From an uncultured Candidatus Saccharibacteria bacterium (GTDB taxonomy: Bacteria > Patescibacteriota > Minisyncoccia > 2-02-FULL-40-12 > GWA2-44-9), in assembly GCA_964478355.1 (NCBI GenBank), contig CAYZIF010000003.1, forward strand, positions 1 through 31,784: 31,784 nt of DNA, in the 5' to 3' direction. The position numbers and the translations under genes are program-made. Positions 26,522 through 31,784 of the stretch are shown in pieces (position 1 is the stretch's first letter; each line of letters starts with the position of its first letter). The notes below the pieces were generated by a model. It saw only the letters and a program-made list of their open reading frames with translations, searched no databases and was not told where the DNA came from.

Positions 26522-27889
26522 CTAGAGCTCAAACGACTGCCCGAGCTCGGGAATTACCATATTCACTCGCAGCTCACTGGTGGCTCGGGCAGCAAGAGCC
26601 TGCGCTGATGCAAGCTCCCCCTGAACAACGAAGCACTGCTTCAGAACTCCGCCTTGGTTGGCTTGTCGAATGTACTCCAGTAATCCGTTTTGATCCGCGT
26701 GCGCTGAATACGCGCCAATAGTGTGGACGTGGCAATGCACAGGAATGTGCTGCCCGAAGATAGATACTGTTTTCTCACCGTCCAAAATTCGGCGACCCAG
26801 CGACCCCTGTACCTGATATCCAATAAACAGAATTGAACTTCGACTATCCGAAAGATATCGCAATTCGTGATGTAAGATACGCCCGCCCTGACTCATACCC
26901 GAACCTGCGATAATAATTTTGGGAGCAGGAGCGTCATTAATATGCTTTGAAGCCATAACATCAGGCGTAAGAGTAAGCCAAGGGAATTGGAAAATCCCTC
27001 GATTGTCTTTCAAGATTTCTCGAGCGCTGTCATTGAAGTAGGTAGAAAACCGACCGTACTCTTTCGTGATATTGATTGCCAATGGACTATCGAGAAAAAC
27101 GGGAACTTTGGGAAGATTTCCTGCCTCAAAGAGTGTATCCAGCTCAAGAAGGAGTTCTTGCGTACGCTCAACAGCAAATGAAGGAATCATGAGGACACCC
27201 TTTCGAGTAACTGTCTCTTCGATGACCTCGAGGAGACGCGTTCGTCGTTCGGAGCGTGCTTCATGAATGCGACTTCCGTATGCTGATTCAACAAGTGTGT
27301 AATCAACGCCTCGCACATAATCGATATCTTGGAGAAGAATCGAAGGTTGATTGCCGATATCACCAGGGAATGCAATTCGCTTCTCAACGCCTTCATCATT
27401 GACGATGAATTCCCATGTTGTTGAACCAAGCACATGGCCCGAGTCATGTCCTATCACTGTTACGTTCGGATTGAGTTTGAGGCGTTGCCGATACGAGACC
27501 CCTCGAAAGAGCGCGAGCGCGCCCTCCATATCTTTTTTATCGTAGAGCGGAGGAAAGCTAAAATTCTTCGCCTCTGAAACGACCTTATCAAGAGTGTCGG
27601 GTAACGCTACTGAGATAATCGCAGACGTCGGCTCGCTCGCATAAATGATTCCACGAAAGCCATCTCGATAAAGCTTTGGCACTCGTCCCATGTGATCAAC
27701 GTGACTATGCGTTATAAAAAGATAATCAATGGTAGCAGGATCATATCCGAACGCCTTAAAATTCATCTCGTCGTTATATCGAGAGCCTTGAATCATCCCG
27801 CAGTCGACAAGAATACGAAGCCCGCCGGCTTCCAGCAAGTAATTTGCACCTGTTACGTGCGCCGCTCCACCATAAAACGTCAATCGCAT
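26522..27889 (-). CDS. MBL-fold beta-CASP nuclease (YSH1/TTHA0252-like)
   Basis: LVDCG, THSHVDH, GHVLGS, GDIG, VESAYG, YSAHAD. Start re-assigned to ATG 27889 (MRLTFYGGA). Confidence 0.9.
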   Translation of the reverse strand: MRLTFYGGAAHVTGANYLLEAGGLRILVDCGMIQGSRYNDEMNFKAFGYDPATIDYLFITHSHVDHMGRVPKLYRDGFRGIIYASEPTSAIISVALPDTLDKVVSEAKNFSFPPLYDKKDMEGALALFRGVSYRQRLKLNPNVTVIGHDSGHVLGSTTWEFIVNDEGVEKRIAFPGDIGNQPSILLQDIDYVRGVDYTLVESAYGSRIHEARSERRTRLLEVIEETVTRKGVLMIPSFAVERTQELLLELDTLFEAGNLPKVPVFLDSPLAINITKEYGRFSTYFNDSAREILKDNRGIFQFPWLTLTPDVMASKHINDAPAPKIIIAGSGMSQGGRILHHELRYLSDSRSSILFIGYQVQGSLGRRILDGEKTVSIFGQHIPVHCHVHTIGAYSAHADQNGLLEYIRQANQGGVLKQCFVVQGELASAQALAARATSELRVNMVIPELGQSFEL

Positions 27890-27903
27890 ACGTCTAGTAT
27901 ACA

Positions 27904-28737
27904 CTAGATACCTAAAAGAATCGCCGTCAGATATCCGAGAATTGCTGAGAGTGCAATGGGAGGCAATGCGGCCATGGGAGCAGATTCTTGTTGGCGCGCA
28001 AAAAGTCGCTGCATGATCAAAACTCCCACCAATGAAAAGAGTGCCACCATGAGAGCAGCTGCGGTGGATTGACTCACCGCAGAAGTTGCCAAGATAAGAG
28101 GGAGGCCGATATCACCCGAACCCAGCATCATCACCGAGCGAGATTGTAGCGCGATGTCGCGCCGAGCAAAAAATCCTGTAAGTGTCGCGGGGATAAGAAA
28201 ACCAAATATCGCTCCTGACTCAACCATTCTCCCCGCAAGCGCAATCATATGACGCGTTCGATATACAGAAATAACATCATACACCGAAAGTACCGCCAAG
28301 AGCCCACAAGCTATCAGTGGCGTTATAGATAGCCCAAGAATCCCGGCGATGCCTGCGATGCCAAGCATAATGGCGCCATCATGAATAATAACGAGGGGTA
28401 GGAGCCGAAGAAGCACGACCACCGCAACAGCTGCTACGATGCTCTCGGTGGTCGATAGCCATGCTGAAAATATAAACTGCGCACCCGCGAGCAGCGCCAG
28501 CGAAAGGAGTATCGAGAGCGACGCTCGTGCCGCGCGCACAAACCGAATCATGACAAATGTAAAAAGAACAAAAACTGAGAAAAAAATAATTCCGTTCTCG
28601 AGGGTAATCTCCACGGGGCGCACTAATCCCAACTGCTGAGGCTGAGCAATATGCAACGAGGTGGCTATCAGCGCAAGAGCGCTCGTCGCCGCGTACATGA
28701 CTCCACAAAAATAAAAAATACGTGACGTCGGTTTCAT
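27904..28737 (-). CDS. Presenilin/signal-peptide-peptidase-like GxGD intramembrane aspartyl protease (A22)
   Basis: About 9 TM, with YD (SVYDVISV), GxGD (LGSGDIG) and a PAL-like motif (PMAALPP) in the correct order. Confidence 0.8.
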   Translation of the reverse strand: MKPTSRIFYFCGVMYAATSALALIATSLHIAQPQQLGLVRPVEITLENGIIFFSVFVLFTFVMIRFVRAARASLSILLSLALLAGAQFIFSAWLSTTESIVAAVAVVVLLRLLPLVIIHDGAIMLGIAGIAGILGLSITPLIACGLLAVLSVYDVISVYRTRHMIALAGRMVESGAIFGFLIPATLTGFFARRDIALQSRSVMMLGSGDIGLPLILATSAVSQSTAAALMVALFSLVGVLIMQRLFARQQESAPMAALPPIALSAILGYLTAILLGI

Positions 28738-29195
28738 TCTCGTACAATAATAACTCCGGACTCATTTGCATCCGAAGGATTGTAGTATCCATATACTCCA
28801 GCTTGAGAAAATGTATACGAAAAATAACTATCTGGCTGAATCGCTCCAACACTATCAAAGACGGGAATTTTTTCGCCAGGACGCAACTGCGCAATAACTC
28901 TCATAGGAAGCGGACTATCATTTTTCCATCGTACCGTATCCCCCGCGTGTACGCGAAGATTGGTGGGACTAAATACTCCGAATCGATAGCTAATAGCATA
29001 GACGCGAGCCTCGCGCTCTGTGGAGGTAGTAGGGGTTGGCGTGGGGACGCCTTCTTGAGGAACTCGCGAACCCAGTAGCGCAACCGCAATGCCCATGAGA
29101 ATCATCATGAGTAGAATAACGGGCCATAAATGAGGCCTTCCTAATGGCTCCTCAGGTCCCGTGCGTCGTGATGCCAAAATAACTTCTGTATCCAT
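28734..29195 (-). CDS. Membrane-anchored cupredoxin-fold protein
   Basis: N-terminal TM and Pro/Thr linker, then FSPTNLRVHAGDTVRWKN, YFSYTFSQAGVYGY and GVIIV; the copper ligands are absent. Confidence 0.7.
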   Translation of the reverse strand: MDTEVILASRRTGPEEPLGRPHLWPVILLMMILMGIAVALLGSRVPQEGVPTPTPTTSTEREARVYAISYRFGVFSPTNLRVHAGDTVRWKNDSPLPMRVIAQLRPGEKIPVFDSVGAIQPDSYFSYTFSQAGVYGYYNPSDANESGVIIVRE

Positions 29196-29240
29196 ACCGT
29201 GTGAGTCGATTGTATACCAATGCTCCGTTTATCGCTACGG

Positions 29241-29270
29241 AAAGAAAAACCCCGACCTTAGTGGATCGGG
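29241..29270 (-). terminator. Intrinsic terminator overlapping the HNH-like gene stop
   Basis: Minus strand CCCGATCC-ACTAA-GGTCGGG then GTTTTTCTTT. Confidence 0.6.
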
Positions 29271-29881
29271 ATAGATGCTACGCTCTTACGAATGCTCCGA
29301 ATAGTGCCTCGGAGAATCCTTGGGTAGGCGCGAGTTGGCAGAACTCGAAAGAGTTGTCGAAATGCCCACGCGCGATCTGCATCATGACTCACGTCGTGAA
29401 TAACTTTCATGAGAAGCGGCGTCGCATACACACGAGCAGAACAATCCGCGTCTCGCCCGAACACCATGAAGAGCATCATGTAACGCATGAGGCGTTGCGC
29501 GTTCTTGAGACTGGTGTCCCCGAAACACGTCACCCAGCAAGCGCGAAGAATTTCGATGTCTTGCGGTGTGTGAACATCGATGTGCTCAGATGCTTTGCAG
29601 TGCGCAAGAGGATGAATGCACCAATCTCGCACGATGAGGTGAGATGGATTCTCGAACAACTGGAGATGGACATCGGCAAGCAGTGGCCACACTTCTCGAA
29701 CGGTCATGATGCAAAAAAGTCGATGCCACGCCGCGTGCGCCAATTCATTCCATGGGAAGAGATTGCATTCAACATCGGCTCCGTGACGACTCGTAGGCAC
29801 CATGTGATGCATACGAGCATTCGGGAACATCTCTTTGTAAGGTCCGCGTGCGATTGCATACTCTGACTTGTTACGCTTCAC
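29258..29881 (-). CDS. Hypothetical protein with an N-terminal HNH (beta-beta-alpha-Me)-like motif
   Basis: HHMVPTSRHG...NLFPW...AHAAWH. The likely start is GTG 29881 after AAGGAGGT; the track's start at 29938 lies inside the thyX terminator. Confidence 0.65.
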   Translation of the reverse strand: MKRNKSEYAIARGPYKEMFPNARMHHMVPTSRHGADVECNLFPWNELAHAAWHRLFCIMTVREVWPLLADVHLQLFENPSHLIVRDWCIHPLAHCKASEHIDVHTPQDIEILRACWVTCFGDTSLKNAQRLMRYMMLFMVFGRDADCSARVYATPLLMKVIHDVSHDADRAWAFRQLFRVLPTRAYPRILRGTIRSIRKSVASIPIH

Positions 29882-29919
29882 AGCACCTCCTTGGAGAGAA
29901 CTGTGGCCGAACGTACCAT

Positions 29920-29950
29920 GAAAAAACCACCCGAGCAAGCTTGGGTGGTT
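29920..29950 (-). terminator. Intrinsic terminator after thyX
   Basis: AACCACCCAAGC-TT-GCTCGGGTGGTT followed by TTTT on the minus strand. Confidence 0.75.
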
Positions 29951-29958
29951 CAGCGGAC

Positions 29959-30834
29959 TTAGACTTTTCGAGACGAAGTAGTCACCTCATCTGTGCCGTC
30001 TAAGAGACGAACAACGGCGTAGTCATCGAACAGTAGAGGCGCAACCTGTCGAAGGCACTCGAAGATTCGCATTCCGAGCGATCGAATTGCAACATCCGCA
30101 TGGCCACTCGCACGCATCTCGCAAAAGTGTCGCCACCCACGAACATTAGCGGTAACAATAATTGGCGCTTCGGTTTCATTGGGGAGACAGGAGCGTGCAG
30201 CTTGATTGACCTTTTTTCGTGCATCTCGTTTCGTCTCTGCGCTCATGATCCCAGCCGCTTCACCGTGCTGGAGAAGTAGGAGTCTCTCAGCTCGGCTATT
30301 GTAACGCGCCGCCGACTGCTCGATCCAATCGATGAAGTCTAGGTGAAGATCAGTGTCATTCTGATATTCTGCTCGCTCAACGAATCGCAGCACCCTTCCA
30401 TCAACGTATCGCTGGCTCACCTGAGAAAATCCAAACCCTGCACGATGCCGAACGAGTTCGTGAGTGACACTCCGATCGATACCGTAGCAAAGGAAAGAAA
30501 AAGAGGCATGCTCGAGCACTGAACCGTGTCCCGAAGTTTTGATATTCCTGAAATACCCCGCTGCATCCTTATTCCAAGAACGCAACGAGCCAAAACTCAA
30601 ATAGCAGAGCTGCCCTGCGAGTTTCGTTAGGTGTTCCGAGGCGGCAAGCTCCCCAGGATCTGCGAGGTATTGCTTGAAGCCAAGCGAATCCTCAAACCCA
30701 TCGAGGAATCCCTGAACCTGCTCTGCGTTGAACGCTGTCTGCGCGATGAGAACGACTCCTGGCTTCTTGAGATACATCTCTCCACGCGGAGATCGATACA
30801 CCTCGCTATGAACGGCTGGCCATTGTAATTGCAT
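29959..30834 (-). CDS. thyX: FAD-dependent thymidylate synthase
   Basis: GHGSVLEH, DRSVTHELVRHR, FSQVSQRYV, ARSCLP, NVRGWRHFCEMR. Confidence 0.95.
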   Translation of the reverse strand: MQLQWPAVHSEVYRSPRGEMYLKKPGVVLIAQTAFNAEQVQGFLDGFEDSLGFKQYLADPGELAASEHLTKLAGQLCYLSFGSLRSWNKDAAGYFRNIKTSGHGSVLEHASFSFLCYGIDRSVTHELVRHRAGFGFSQVSQRYVDGRVLRFVERAEYQNDTDLHLDFIDWIEQSAARYNSRAERLLLLQHGEAAGIMSAETKRDARKKVNQAARSCLPNETEAPIIVTANVRGWRHFCEMRASGHADVAIRSLGMRIFECLRQVAPLLFDDYAVVRLLDGTDEVTTSSRKV

Positions 30835-30895
30835 ATTTCACCTCGAAAAGAACTAGAGGTTGCTATTGTAGCGAACATAGCAAAAATGGAAAGAC

Positions 30896-31784
30896 CTAGA
30901 GAGAACCGGAGAGGTCGGCTAATTCTTTGCGGACAATATCAGCATCAGACCATGCAATCTTCTTGTCTCCCGCAACTGCCATCGAGGTCTCGCTCCCTTT
31001 TCCGGTGATGACGATGATATCTCCTTCGGTGGCACTTGTAATGGCGGCGTGAATCGCAGTAGCGCGATCGAGCATGCGGTGCGTTTTTTCCTGCGCCACG
31101 TCAGGAATACCTCGCACCACTTCATCGATAATCTTCAGAGGATCTTCGTTGTAAGGGTCTTCGTTGGTCACATAAATCTCATCACAGAACTCACCGGCCA
31201 ACGCTCCAAATGCCGGACGCTTCCACGTATCGCGTCCGCCACCTGCCGCTCCGAGAACTCCGATGAGTCGTTTGGCATGAGGGCGAAGTGTTTCATATAC
31301 TGCACGCAGTGAATCTGGTGTATGCGCATAATCGACGACAACACCAAATGGATTTTTCTGAATCCACTGCAAACGCCCCGAAATCTCCCGAACGCTTTCA
31401 AGAATCGGTCGTGCCGTCGGAAGATCGACACCATAGAGTGCCGCGACCGACAATGCTGCAAGAGCGTTGTACACATTGAAACGCCCCCCGAGATGGAGAT
31501 TAAATCGAGTGCCATAAATATCAAATGAGGAGTGATCTTTGGAGATTTCAATCTGACTCGCTCGCAATTCTCCTCCCTCAATTCCAAAGAAGAGCTTCTT
31601 AATAGCCGAGAAGGAAGCAAAGTATTCCGTGGCAGCATCATCGGCGTTCAGTACGTGCAGATGCTTCGTAGCGGCAAAGAGCACACCCTTAGCATGCTGG
31701 TAAGCTTCAAAACTCCCATGCGCCTCGAGATGCTCGGGGTGAAGATTGGTGAATACCGCACAATCAAACGTGATCCCCAAGTGT
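30896..31784 (-). CDS. murE: Mur ligase, MurE-like (5'-truncated by the window edge)
   Basis: FTNLHPEHL, VLNADD, GRFNVYNALAA, GRLQ, VVDYAHTPDSL, GGGRD..KR, ITGKGSE. Confidence 0.85.
   Translation of the reverse strand, partial: HLGITFDCAVFTNLHPEHLEAHGSFEAYQHAKGVLFAATKHLHVLNADDAATEYFASFSAIKKLFFGIEGGELRASQIEISKDHSSFDIYGTRFNLHLGGRFNVYNALAALSVAALYGVDLPTARPILESVREISGRLQWIQKNPFGVVVDYAHTPDSLRAVYETLRPHAKRLIGVLGAAGGGRDTWKRPAFGALAGEFCDEIYVTNEDPYNEDPLKIIDEVVRGIPDVAQEKTHRMLDRATAIHAAITSATEGDIIVITGKGSETSMAVAGDKKIAWSDADIVRKELADLSGSL

Noticed and set aside
5670-29866. Long antisense or alternate-frame ORFs (e.g. 5670-6158, 6477-7049, 7179-7985, 12418-12945, 24091-24657, 29201-29866)
   Set aside because: They fully overlap confidently identified genes and show no motifs; these are expected shadow ORFs.
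30890-30901. 12-mer AAAGACCTAGAG shared with the ncRNA terminator (4169-4180)
   Set aside because: A single short match with no flanking similarity; compatible with chance in 32 kb.
1-31784. tRNA, rRNA, CRISPR array, IS/transposase, integrase or reverse transcriptase
   Set aside because: No cloverleaf or T-loop signatures, regularly spaced direct repeats or such protein motifs were recognised by eye.

Overview
Gene-dense bacterial chromosome segment read in the standard code; almost all genes lie on the minus strand. Gene content and protein styles suggest Patescibacteria/CPR (Parcubacteria-like), which is an inference, not a database result. Left to right: two GT-C (PMT/ArnT-like) glycosyltransferases (+), a small membrane ORF, a ~770 bp gap without a credible ORF, ftsQ-like, serS, lysS, greA, a rod-shape operon (mrdA/pbp2, mreD, mreC, mreB), a small + strand membrane ORF, proS, rseP, frr, holB, murG, a half-size MFS, an S8 protease, a family-4 UDG, an O-antigen-ligase-like protein, an amino-acid permease, lon with an upstream CIRCE, an MBL/beta-CASP nuclease, a presenilin-like GxGD protease, a cupredoxin-fold membrane protein, an HNH-like ORF, thyX and a 5'-truncated murE. 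The standout is the gap at about 4165-4832. It carries a near-consensus sigma70 promoter (TTGACA-17-TATACT with an extended TG), about 670 nt of densely base-paired sequence with no minus-strand ORF, and a strong intrinsic terminator. This looks like a stand-alone large structured ncRNA that I cannot assign to tmRNA, RNase P, 6S, SRP or a group I/II intron. No tRNA, rRNA, CRISPR array, transposase or integrase was recognised. Several start codons are re-assigned relative to the ORF track.
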